A program made the position numbers and the translations under genes. The notes beneath the pieces were generated by a model. The model saw only the letters and a program-made list of their open reading frames with translations. It searched no databases and was not told where the DNA came from. Shown here in pieces: positions 25,901-34,287 of a DNA stretch of 64,000 bases. Position 1 is the first letter of the stretch. Each line of letters begins with the position of its first letter. The DNA lies in the sequence record ON529850.1; one strand, 5' to 3'.

Positions 25901-27871
25901 TCAGGCGGTATCCGTCCCACTACGCCGCGCCGGCGGCGGTTGCGGCGCTTGCTTGGCCTTGGCGGCCGTTGCGGCGGACTTGCGCTGGATCGCCAGCTGC
26001 TGCTGCTCCGCCTGGGTCGGCGGGGCCTGCTCCGGATCGCCCAGCTTGCGGGAAGCCGACACGGTCGTGGAGCCGAACTGCTGCGCCAGGGCGAACTTCT
26101 CTTCTTCCAACGCGCGGGCGCGTTCTTGCAGCTCCAGCTCCTTGGCCTGGAAGGCCGCCTCACGCGCCAGGCGCACCTGCTCCAGCTCCTGAGCCCGGCT
26201 GACGTAACCGCGACGCATCGCTTCGGCGTCGGGTTTACCGATGAAGGAGTTGGGGTCTTCCATCTTGGCGCGGAAGTCTTCCAGGGTCATGGTCGTGGAG
26301 ACCACGCCGTTGCGCACCATGGCTTCGTAGAAGACGTCGATCGGAATGTCGCCTTCCTTGAACAGCTGCTGGATCGCGCGGATCGCGCGGGCGTCCAGGG
26401 TGGTCGACAGGAAGGTGGTGTCCAACTCGTAACGCAGCAGGGCGGTGTCTTGCAGCGGCACGTCGCGGAACAACAGCCAATACCGCATCAAGGTCGTCAT
26501 ACCCTCTTCCAGGGCGGTGATGACGTTGAGCAGCAGGCTCTGTTCGTTCGCTTCGCGGATCGACGACTGCTGGTTGGATTCCGACGTCGACTTCGACGAG
26601 CCGGGCATCATACGACCGCCGATCGCGGCGATCTGTTGCTCCTTCTCGTCCAGGGCGCGCTCCAGGGTCTTGAGACCCTCGCCCTTGAACTCCAGGATGC
26701 CGGGGATGCCGTCCGGGGTGGTTTCCCACACCGTACCGGGGCCGATGTGATAGTTGGCCGAATCCGAATCCGAGGTGCCCGGAACATAGTAGGTCGGCAG
26801 GGCGGTGTAGAAGCGACCGTATTCCAGCTCCGCATAGGTGCGGTAGTGCTTCAGATTCAGGTCGACGATGTCGAGAAGCGGCGGCTTTTCGCAGTCCGCC
26901 GCATTGGAGAAGGCGCCGAAGAAGACGACCGGCAGGAATCGCAGCGGATTGCCGCGCACTTTCGGGTAGGTGACCTTGACCGGCTTGCTCAGCGGGTCTT
27001 CCTTGTAGACCTTCTGACAGTAGACGCGCGATCCGTCTTCCTGAACCTCCAGGACCAGTTCACGATACTGGGTGACGTAGGTGTAACCGCCCGTCGCCGG
27101 CTGTTCGGCCGGGGTGCGGGACGTCACCGGCATCAACTCGCCGTCGGCGGTGCGGATCATCGCCGTTTGCGGACGCTTGCGTCGGCCGCGCGCTGGCTTT
27201 TCGTCACCGATCCAGGGATTGTCGGCGCTGGCGCCCGGCGCCACGCGCACGAACTCACGCAGCAGAACGCGGGTCGGGACATAGAATCCCTCGACCTCTT
27301 CGATCTGCCAGTCGATGATGTTCTCGGCCGTATAGCCGACGACGTAGGGCTGCGGCTTCTTGCCGACCGGCGTTTCATCGACATCCGCCAGGGCCAGGAA
27401 ACGGCCCATGGCGATCTGCTCGGCGGCGATCGTCTTGGCGAAGGATGCGTGGCTGGTGCCGTCTTTGGCGAACCGCGCCAGCGCCGGCAGGAGCTTCTCA
27501 CCCTGGTCGATCACCACCTCCGCGCCGCCGGCGTCGCGGGAGACGACGCGGCCGGGCTGCGGCAGGTGACGAATGACAGGAGGGCGACGGAAAACCTGCC
27601 CGACCATGCCGGACAGCGTCTGGGCCGCCATGTTGTAGAACACCGCCCGATGCAGATACTGCTCGTACTGATCGTCGGTCGAACCTTCCATCGGGCGCAG
27701 GTAGACCGCACCCTTACGCTTGATCTCACGCTCGCCCGCGAGCGCGTCCCTGATCTTCTGCCAGTCCTCCGCCCAGTAGCTGTATTCCGGGTGAGCGACG
27801 ATCGAGCTGAAAGCCGCAATCGCGCGTTTCGTCCGGCCGATATTGGTGGAATTGGGAGTGGTGCCGGCCAT
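25901..27871 (-). CDS. Portal protein (likely start MAGTT at 27871; the track extends it to 27913)
   Basis: HPEY...WQKIRDALAGEREIK...YL...YEQYLHRAVFYN; KPPLLDIVDLNLKHYRTYAELE motifs of DUF4055-type siphophage portals. Confidence 0.85.
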   Translation of the reverse strand: MAGTTPNSTNIGRTKRAIAAFSSIVAHPEYSYWAEDWQKIRDALAGEREIKRKGAVYLRPMEGSTDDQYEQYLHRAVFYNMAAQTLSGMVGQVFRRPPVIRHLPQPGRVVSRDAGGAEVVIDQGEKLLPALARFAKDGTSHASFAKTIAAEQIAMGRFLALADVDETPVGKKPQPYVVGYTAENIIDWQIEEVEGFYVPTRVLLREFVRVAPGASADNPWIGDEKPARGRRKRPQTAMIRTADGELMPVTSRTPAEQPATGGYTYVTQYRELVLEVQEDGSRVYCQKVYKEDPLSKPVKVTYPKVRGNPLRFLPVVFFGAFSNAADCEKPPLLDIVDLNLKHYRTYAELEYGRFYTALPTYYVPGTSDSDSANYHIGPGTVWETTPDGIPGILEFKGEGLKTLERALDEKEQQIAAIGGRMMPGSSKSTSESNQQSSIREANEQSLLLNVITALEEGMTTLMRYWLLFRDVPLQDTALLRYELDTTFLSTTLDARAIRAIQQLFKEGDIPIDVFYEAMVRNGVVSTTMTLEDFRAKMEDPNSFIGKPDAEAMRRGYVSRAQELEQVRLAREAAFQAKELELQERARALEEEKFALAQQFGSTTVSASRKLGDPEQAPPTQAEQQQLAIQRKSAATAAKAKQAPQPPPARRSGTDTA

Positions 27872-28053
27872 GAGTAGCAGAAAAAGGCGAGGGCCGAAGG
27901 ATTCGGCCCTCAAAGGCGTAGAACGAAGTTCGAGATCGGCGTTAAGGCCTTACTCTGCCGGGATTACTGTCATGAAAGGGGTTGATTGTCAAGAAAAACG
28001 GCGTTTGAGGGTGATTCGGAGTCCCTGTTACGTCGATTTTCACGATTTTTGCG

Positions 28054-28082
28054 TTGACAGCCGGTTTTCACCGGCTTAAACC
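28054..28082 (+). promoter_or_regulatory. sigma70-type promoter, plus strand
   Basis: TTGACA (28054-28059), N17, TAAACC. Confidence 0.55.
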
Positions 28083-28087
28083 TCAGG

Positions 28088-28256
28088 TTCACCCAAGGAA
28101 GGCCGAGGTCTTCTCGATAACCCGTAACCCGGAGGCGATCATGAAGTGAAACTCAGCGTCCCCGTCGTCTACGGGGCCGGCGGACGGGTGAAACCCAGAC
28201 ATTTCGGACGTCGCGTTCACAAACGATCAAGGCCCTGTCGTCGACAGGGCCTTTTT
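28088..28256 (+). ncRNA. Candidate small RNA / minigene transcript (~170 nt)
   Basis: Bounded by a promoter and a U-tailed terminator; contains GGAGG (28131-28135) then ATG AAG TGA (28141-28149). Confidence 0.45.
28229..28256 (+). terminator. Intrinsic terminator (may also serve the minus-strand protease gene)
   Basis: AAGGCCCTGTC-GTC-GACAGGGCCTT-TTT. Confidence 0.75.
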
Positions 28257-28260
28257 CACA

Positions 28261-28977
28261 TCACCAGCTCGGGTGTTCGCCGCACAAAGGCGTTTGGGAC
28301 AGATCGCGCACCCCGCCGCGTCCAGGGCCGCCGACATTGATCACCCCGACGACGCGTCCCGCGCCGTCCAGGACCGGACCGCCCGACATGCCCGAATGGG
28401 CTTCACCGCTCATGATCGCCTGGTGCAGCGCCGGCTGTGAGGCGTTGCGCAGCGGCATGTCCGCGTAGACGCCGGTGAAGGTAAAGCGCTGAAGCGCGAA
28501 ATCGCGACCATAGGCCCAGCCGACGCCCAGATATTCCCGCCCACGACGCAACCCGCCGCAGTGCAGCTCCAGCTGGGCCGGCGTCGGTAGAGGCACCGCC
28601 AGGACCGCCAGGTCCAGCGCCCGGTCAAAATGGAGCGGGGTCATGGGCTTATCCTGGAACACGCACTGGGCGGCGCCTTCCACGACGTGCGCCGCCGTCA
28701 AGACGCGACCCGGCCCGATCACCGATCCGGTGCCGGTCACGACCCGCACCTGCAAGCGCTGAAGCACCGTCAGCGTCGAAAGCGGCGTATCGGCCGATAC
28801 GCCATCGGGCAGAACCAGGCACAGGATCATGCCGGTGCTGTTGAGGTTAACGAAGTAGGGTCCGGAGGCGCGGCCGACCAATCCCATGGGTTCCGCCTGG
28901 ACGGGCGGCGCGGACAGGGTCGACGGAAACGTCAGACACAGCAGGAAGGCTGAAAAGGCGGCGGCGAGACGACGCAT
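28261..28977 (-). CDS. Trypsin-like serine protease with an N-terminal signal/anchor (start MRRLAA at 28977)
   Basis: Catalytic triad motifs TAAHV, DLAVL and GMSGGP; hydrophobic N-terminus MRRLAAAFSAFLLCLTFPS. Confidence 0.85.
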   Translation of the reverse strand: MRRLAAAFSAFLLCLTFPSTLSAPPVQAEPMGLVGRASGPYFVNLNSTGMILCLVLPDGVSADTPLSTLTVLQRLQVRVVTGTGSVIGPGRVLTAAHVVEGAAQCVFQDKPMTPLHFDRALDLAVLAVPLPTPAQLELHCGGLRRGREYLGVGWAYGRDFALQRFTFTGVYADMPLRNASQPALHQAIMSGEAHSGMSGGPVLDGAGRVVGVINVGGPGRGGVRDLSQTPLCGEHPSW

Positions 28978-29039
28978 GGGCGCGAAAGCTCCAAGAACGC
29001 CGAAATTATGCCCTGTTTGCCAGAATTCACAACATTTCG

Positions 29040-29328
29040 TCAGAAATAACGGCGATTTCCGGATTCCTGAAAATGGATTCACAAAATTTTCGACAATTCG
29101 GTTCCGAAATTTGAATTCGCTTCCAGGAAAACACGAGGTCGGTATAAAATTTGCCCCCTACCCCCCTCCCTTCGCCAGGCCAGGGGCAATTGCTAAATTT
29201 GATCCCTAGACGCTTGGCGCCCCCGCGAGAATCGGGCCGAAGAGGGGGTCCGTGGGTCCCTCCGGTCCCATTTTGAAACAGGGGGGTGGCCCCCTCCGCC
29301 AAGGGAGGGAGCCGAGGGGAGGGGCGGG
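29040..29328. other. Non-coding island: AT-rich stretch followed by G/C homopolymer runs
   Basis: e.g. GAAAATGGATTCACAAAATTTTCGACAATTCGG then CCCCCTACCCCCCTCCC and GGGGGTCCGTGGGTCCC. Confidence 0.5.
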
Positions 29329-29565
29329 TTAGGCCGCCTCCGCCATTTCCGCCTGAACCGCGCGCTCGATGGCGGCGAAGTCGGCCGGGGAGGTGTTGGC
29401 CTTCAGGTCATCCATGGTGCGGATTTGAGCGCCCTTCATGTTGGCCTTACGGAAAGCGGCGTTCAGGACGTAGTGGAAGCGCGTGGCGAGGGCTCCAGCT
29501 TGCTGAGCCGTCAGCAGCGACTGGAGGACTTCATAGTGCGAGGCGACCATTTGCATTTTCGTCAT
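29329..29565 (-). CDS. Hypothetical early protein, 78 aa
   Basis: RBS GAAGGGA; own promoter-like upstream sequence. Confidence 0.65.
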   Translation of the reverse strand: MTKMQMVASHYEVLQSLLTAQQAGALATRFHYVLNAAFRKANMKGAQIRTMDDLKANTSPADFAAIERAVQAEMAEAA

Positions 29566-29785
29566 TCCCTTCGGAGGGCGGGGCCGATCCCCGCCGCCGA
29601 TGAGTCAGTTATACGCAATGCGTTTCTTAACATCAACCCCTTTTTTGCATGAAAGGCCAAAAAAGTTCGCGCGCCGGGCCTGTTTTCAAGGCCCGCCGTT
29701 ACGGCCCTTTTCCGGGCCGTGGAGCGGTTCGGGGCGCGGCGGGCGTCCTAGCCTTCCGCGCCCCTAGAAGGGCGTCAGCGCGCGC

Positions 29786-30049
29786 CTAGCGGGCCAGGGC
29801 GCGGGGTTCCGGCTCACAGCGCGCGCCGTCCAGTTCGGCGGCGGCGGTCACGCAGTCGAGCGCGGTTAGGTTCCAGTCTGCCACGTCGAGACGGTCAGGC
29901 TCTTGCGGAGTCGGGGCGGGCAGGATCAGGGAAAACGTCGGCTCTTGCGCCTTGGCGGGCATGAGGGCGGCGAAGCCGCGTTGATCGTCATACGTCGCCA
30001 AGGCGACGGCAAGGGCGATCATCAGGGCGAAGGGGATGGCGTTTCGCAT
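29786..30049 (-). CDS. Hypothetical protein with a signal-like N-terminus, 87 aa
   Basis: MRNAIPFALMIALAVALA... Confidence 0.55.
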   Translation of the reverse strand: MRNAIPFALMIALAVALATYDDQRGFAALMPAKAQEPTFSLILPAPTPQEPDRLDVADWNLTALDCVTAAAELDGARCEPEPRALAR

Positions 30050-30104
30050 GGGCGGGGCTTTCGTGTGAGGGAGGGCGGGCGCGAAGCCCGCCCTAGAAGG
30101 GTTC

Positions 30105-30272
30105 TCAGGCCAGAACGTCACGGATGCGGGCCAGCGCGTCCGAGGGGCGCGGGGCTTCGCCAGTCCATTCGGCGCGGACGTGCGCCGGAACGGAAGCGGA
30201 GGCTTGCGGCTGCACCGGGGCGCGCGGGGTCATGCGGGCCGAGGGGGTCAGGGGCGAGCGGTGCTTGAACAT
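30105..30272 (-). CDS. Small hypothetical protein, 55 aa (not in track)
   Basis: MFKHRSPLT...IRDVLA; promoter and GGAGA RBS upstream, hairpin downstream. Confidence 0.55.
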   Translation of the reverse strand: MFKHRSPLTPSARMTPRAPVQPQASASVPAHVRAEWTGEAPRPSDALARIRDVLA

Positions 30273-30484
30273 GGGTCGTTCTCCGTGGTTGCCTCTCTCT
30301 TGTAAGGGCGAGGGTGTGCGTTGTCAACGCCTTTTTATCAGGAAAGATGGTTAACGGCCTCACCCGTTTTGTTAAGGTTAACGCAGGCGACGCATTTGTT
30401 AAGGTTAACAGCTTCGACGGTTTTGTTAAGGTTAACGCAGGCGGCTAAAAGAAAACCGCCCCGGCGCGCCGAGGCGGGGCGGGG

Positions 30485-30712
30485 TCAGGCCGCCCGGCGA
30501 AGGGGCGGCCCGGTCAGGGCGAAGGCGACCATGGGATAACCCCAGTCGATCAGGCGTTGCACGTTGTCATCCATGCGATCCGAATAGTAGCAGCGATCGC
30601 CGAAGTCTTCCGAGTCGGAAGCGGCGCGCGCGTTGTAATAATAGTCCTCGACTTCCGAAGCGACGATGTAGGCTTGAACGTGGGCGGCGTGGTCATCGGC
30701 GGCGAAGAACAT
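30485..30712 (-). CDS. Hypothetical early protein, 75 aa
   Basis: Cassette with promoter, RBS and hairpin. Confidence 0.65.
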   Translation of the reverse strand: MFFAADDHAAHVQAYIVASEVEDYYYNARAASDSEDFGDRCYYSDRMDDNVQRLIDWGYPMVAFALTGPPLRRAA

Positions 30713-30830
30713 GGCGTTTCCTTTGGGGTTGCCGTTGAAGTCGCCCCCTTCTAGCGGGTAGGGTTGGAGGGTGTCAACCCCTCTTTTTGAAAAATGCGCC
30801 CGCCCCGGCGAACCGGGGCGGGCTGGATCG

Positions 30831-31745
30831 TCAGGCGGCCAGCGCCAGCGCCTCGGCGGCCTCGCCTTGCGGCTCTTGCGCGGCCTCCGCCTCGGCGGCC
30901 TTCAGGATGTAATCCGCCGCCGTCTGGGCCTTCGTGCAAGCCTGAATAAACGCCTTCGGGTTGGAGCGGATGCGCGCCGCCCAATGGCCGATATAGGCGG
31001 CGTGATCGGCGCGCTCGACACTGGCGAAGCCTTGCGAGGCGCAGATGAACGCCGCCGTCAGTTCCGCGACCAGTTCCTCAAAGGCGTAAGCCTCATCGCC
31101 GAATTCGCGGCCAAAGGTGCGGTTGAGTCGATGCTCCGCGCCGGTCCAATGCCCCAGCTCATGAAAGGCCGTCGAATAATAGCCGTCCGCGTTGATGAAA
31201 TCGGCGAAGGCGGGCAGGTGGATGCGGTCAAAGGCGGGGGTATAGAACGCCTTAGACCCGCCGTGGCGCACGTCCGCGCCCGTGGCGGCGATCAGGGCGT
31301 CAGCGGCGGCGATGCGCTCCGCTTCGGGCAGGATCGAAGCCGGGGCGGCTTCGGGCAGTTCCACGCCCTCGCACTGCGCGATGTTGAACACGGTGTAGAC
31401 CTTGGCGAAGAATCGCGAGGTCGTCTCGCCCGTCGCGGCGTCTTCCTTCGTGGTGCGCGACCAGAAGAAAACCGGGGTTCCCTTCTCGCCCTTGCGAACC
31501 GATCCGCCGCGCGCCTTGGCCTGTTTAAACGTCATCCAGACGGGTTCCGCGTAACCCTTGGCCTCTTGTTCCATCCACAACCAAAAGGTGTTGGCGCCGC
31601 GATAGGCGCGGCCTTCGATGTTGCGGGGCAGGGCCAGGGCCGAACCGCGCGCGGTCCAAGGCTTCGACCAAGGGCGAACGCCCGATTCCAGTTTACCGGC
31701 AATCGTGGCGGCGATCTTGTCAAACACTTCGTTAGCTTGTGCCAT
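30831..31745 (-). CDS. ardC: ArdC-family antirestriction / ssDNA-binding protein with a C-terminal zincin-like domain
   Basis: GVRPWSKPW, RAYRGAN, WMTFKQA...GGSVRKGEKGT (ArdC N-domain); HELGHWTG...RLNR...YAFEELVAEL (HExxH metallopeptidase-like domain). Confidence 0.9.
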   Translation of the reverse strand: MAQANEVFDKIAATIAGKLESGVRPWSKPWTARGSALALPRNIEGRAYRGANTFWLWMEQEAKGYAEPVWMTFKQAKARGGSVRKGEKGTPVFFWSRTTKEDAATGETTSRFFAKVYTVFNIAQCEGVELPEAAPASILPEAERIAAADALIAATGADVRHGGSKAFYTPAFDRIHLPAFADFINADGYYSTAFHELGHWTGAEHRLNRTFGREFGDEAYAFEELVAELTAAFICASQGFASVERADHAAYIGHWAARIRSNPKAFIQACTKAQTAADYILKAAEAEAAQEPQGEAAEALALAA

Positions 31746-31995
31746 GGGGCGTCTCCGTTGCTGTCAACGTCGTTTTATTGGTTGGATGGGGGAGCGTCAA
31801 GCCCTTATTTTTAGAAAAATGCGGCCCGCCGTTAACCTCTCTTTAACTATTTCCTGTTAGTCTGGCTTGGGGAGGGATGCGCTAGGCCGTTAACCATATC
31901 GGTTAAGGTTAACATCGCGTTAAGGTTAACAGTTCGGACGGCGCAAGAAAAAGGCCGCCCGGCGAGGGCGGCCCGGATCAGTCGGGGCGGGGGCG

Positions 31996-32190
31996 TCAGT
32001 CCCAGCCCAGCGCGCGGCGGGCCTCGGCGCGAGCGGCGCGGCCATGCAGCGGGCGCGAGGCGACGGCCTCGCCGTCAAGGTCCATGTCGTCAAATTGGCG
32101 GGCGCGTTCGCGGCGGTCAGTCTGGCGGGCGAAGGCGGCGCGGCGCGCCTCGAAAGCGTCAACGTCATTACGGCGGAAAGTGCGGGCCAT
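31996..32190 (-). CDS. Hypothetical early protein, 64 aa
   Basis: Cassette layout. Confidence 0.6.
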   Translation of the reverse strand: MARTFRRNDVDAFEARRAAFARQTDRRERARQFDDMDLDGEAVASRPLHGRAARAEARRALGWD

Positions 32191-32373
32191 GTCAGGACTC
32201 CAAGGGTTTGCGCCTCCGGCCTATCCGGGGCTTCATCAGGCTAGGCGGGGGCGTTCTGGGTGTCAACCTCTTTTTTGTAGAAAAATGGTTAACGGATTAG
32301 GGGCGCTGTTAACCTTAATTGTTAAGGTTAACGCGGACGGTCTAAAGAAAAGGGGCTTTTCAGCCCCTTCCCC

Positions 32374-32607
32374 TTAGTGGCGCGCCTTGGCTTGAGTCGC
32401 CAGCCGCAGGGCGGTTGCGCGGTCGATGCGCTTGCCTTGGAAGGTGTGCGAGTGGCGGGTGATACGGCCATTCGCGCCACGGTGAACGCGGGTCATCAGT
32501 TCGCCCCCGTTGACTTGCATCGTCGTCACCGTCAGGCGGGCGGCGCGGGCGGCGACCGTGGCGGTCGTCAGGGCAAGGCGGGCGTTCAGGTTGCGGGCGG
32601 TTTGCAT
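32374..32607 (-). CDS. Hypothetical basic early protein, 77 aa
   Basis: Cassette layout. Confidence 0.6.
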   Translation of the reverse strand: MQTARNLNARLALTTATVAARAARLTVTTMQVNGGELMTRVHRGANGRITRHSHTFQGKRIDRATALRLATQAKARH

Positions 32608-32847
32608 CGGGTGTCTCCCTGTTCCGATGACCCCAATCTAGGGGAGGGCTTGGGAGGTGTCAACCGCCTTTTTTCAGAAAAGATGGTTAACAGAATCGGG
32701 CCGTTTCGCCGGTCACGGCGAGGGGCGGCGCGGTCAGGGAACGGGGCGCGACCGGCGCAGGGCGCGCCGCCGGGTCGGCCCCTGCCCTCTCTAGGCTTGG
32801 GAAGGGCGCGGGCGACGGGGCGGCGCTTGAAAGGCCCTCGCGGGGGT

Positions 32848-32944
32848 AAAGTGAAGCGGCGTCAAGTCAAGTCCCGCGTAGGCGAAAGTGAAGCGGCGTC
32901 AAGTCAAGTCCGCATGAGCGAAAGCGAAGCGGCGTCAAGTCAAG
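32848..32944. repeat. Three direct repeats of AAAG(T/C)GAAGCGGCGTCAAGTCAAG with a 36-37 bp period
   Basis: Copies start at 32848, 32885 and 32921 in a non-coding gap. Confidence 0.8.
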
Positions 32945-32994
32945 CGCGGGGCCGTAAACCCGGCCCGGTCAAGCCGGGCCGGGTCAGGGCAAGA

Positions 32995-33474
32995 TCAGGC
33001 CGACAACACGCGGCGATTGACGCGATTCGCGTAGGCCCAGGCGCGAGAGTCTTCCTCGGCGCGGGCGTAAGCCGCTTGGGCCTCGGCGGCGCGTTGCGCC
33101 TCGAAGGCTTCGCGCGGAAACGCCTTTTCGATGCGCTCGCGTTGAGTCTCGTGCCAAGGGCGCGGGTCATGCTTCGGCGCGGGGGCGCGCGGGGGCTTGC
33201 CGTCCAGCGTGACGCGGGCGCCGTTCAGGCCGTGCGACCACTGGCCGCCGGGGTTGAGCTGTTCCAGCAGGGTTTGCGGGTCCATGCCCTCGGGCGCCGT
33301 CAGGGCGAGGCCGGTGCGCTTGTTCAGGACGTGCGCGGGAAACAGTCCGGTTTCCGGGTCGCGCAGGATCAGCGCATATTCAGCGGCGTATCCGTCCGCG
33401 TTGATCTGTCCCGCTTCCAGCAGATAGGCGTTGATGGCGGGATTGGCGGCGATGGCTTTGGCGAGGGTCAGCAT
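32995..33474 (-). CDS. Hypothetical early protein, 159 aa
   Basis: Cassette layout. Confidence 0.65.
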   Translation of the reverse strand: MLTLAKAIAANPAINAYLLEAGQINADGYAAEYALILRDPETGLFPAHVLNKRTGLALTAPEGMDPQTLLEQLNPGGQWSHGLNGARVTLDGKPPRAPAPKHDPRPWHETQRERIEKAFPREAFEAQRAAEAQAAYARAEEDSRAWAYANRVNRRVLSA

Positions 33475-33618
33475 GGGGTGTCTCCGTTGCGTTGCCTCAA
33501 GGTGTAGCCGCTCGCCGCGTCAGTGTCAACCGCTATTTTTAATAAATCCAACGCCTCCGGGCGGGTTCGGCGTTAACCTTAACAAATCGCGAGGATGACG
33601 CCGGGGCGGCGCCTGGCC

Positions 33619-33939
33619 CTAGAGGGCGGGGAAGATCACCCGCCCTTGCGCCGTCACCTCATAATCCCACGCGGCGAACATGGCGGCTTCGGCCATGGCG
33701 TCAGCGAAAGACACCTCGGCGGCGGCTTCGGCGGCTTCCAGCGCGTCGATCTCCGCCAGCTCCTCGGCGTAGGCGTCGGGGTCGCCGTAGCCGCAAGGGC
33801 GGTCGGGGCGATTGGCGATCCACGCCTCCGCCTCGGCGAGGGTGATGCGGCCCATGGACGGGCGGACCCCGTAGTCGTTTTTGTAGAGGTCGGAATAGAG
33901 GCTGAAAACGTCGTCAGCGTAGGTGCGGGCTTCGGTCAT
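33619..33939 (-). CDS. Hypothetical early protein, 106 aa (start MTEARTY)
   Basis: SDLYKNDYGVRP motif; RBS GGAGA. Confidence 0.65.
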   Translation of the reverse strand: MTEARTYADDVFSLYSDLYKNDYGVRPSMGRITLAEAEAWIANRPDRPCGYGDPDAYAEELAEIDALEAAEAAAEVSFADAMAEAAMFAAWDYEVTAQGRVIFPAL

Positions 33940-34040
33940 GGCGTCTCTCCGGCGGGACCGTCCCGCCACTCGAACAATCTAGCAAAGAGAAGTTAACAAG
34001 AGGTAAACGCCGCGAGGTTTTTCGTCGGGCCGAGGCGGAC

Positions 34041-34086
34041 GATGAATCGGGCAGGGTCCCCGAGGATGAATCGGGCAGGGTCCCCG
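34041..34086. repeat. Tandem duplication of a 24-nt unit, GATGAATCGGGCAGGGTCCCCGAG
   Basis: Copies at 34041-34064 and 34065-34086 (second copy truncated). Confidence 0.85.
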
Positions 34087-34107
34087 TTAAGGTTAATGAC
34101 CCAGGGC

Positions 34108-34224
34108 TTAGGGCTTACGCCCCTTGCGGGTGTAAGCCCCGCGCCCCTTCTTGGGGCGGACCACGCGGGGGCGATAAGCCGGGGTGGCGAGGGCGGCGGC
34201 GGCGGGGTTCTTTTTGGGCTTCAT
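34108..34224 (-). CDS. arfA: ArfA-like alternative ribosome-rescue peptide, 38 aa (not in track)
   Basis: MKPKKNPAAAALATPAYRPRVVRPKKGRGAYTRKGRKP aligns without gaps to the E. coli ArfA core as I recall it ([31 protein letters not shown]), 15/31 identical; own TTGACA promoter (34275-34280) and GGAGA RBS. Confidence 0.75.
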   Translation of the reverse strand: MKPKKNPAAAALATPAYRPRVVRPKKGRGAYTRKGRKP

Positions 34225-34287
34225 GGGGTGTCTCCGTTGAAAGCAAAGACACCCTTAAAGGAAGCGCGGTTGACTGTCAACCCCTTT

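Noticed and set aside
24911-27877. 988-aa plus-strand ORF and other long plus-strand ORFs (e.g. 5-841, 1843-3462, 5657-7183, 9555-10550)
   Set aside because: Antisense shadows of real minus-strand genes in GC-rich DNA; no RBS/promoter context and no recognisable motifs
11500-28000. tRNA cluster (expected between portal and capsid in some phiCbK-like phages)
   Set aside because: No convincing T-loop/acceptor-stem patterns found by eye on either strand; tRNAscan-SE would be needed to exclude them fully
28261-28977. Prohead maturation protease
   Set aside because: Trypsin fold with a signal-like N-terminus, separated from scaffold/MCP by 17 kb; not the usual HK97/S49 type
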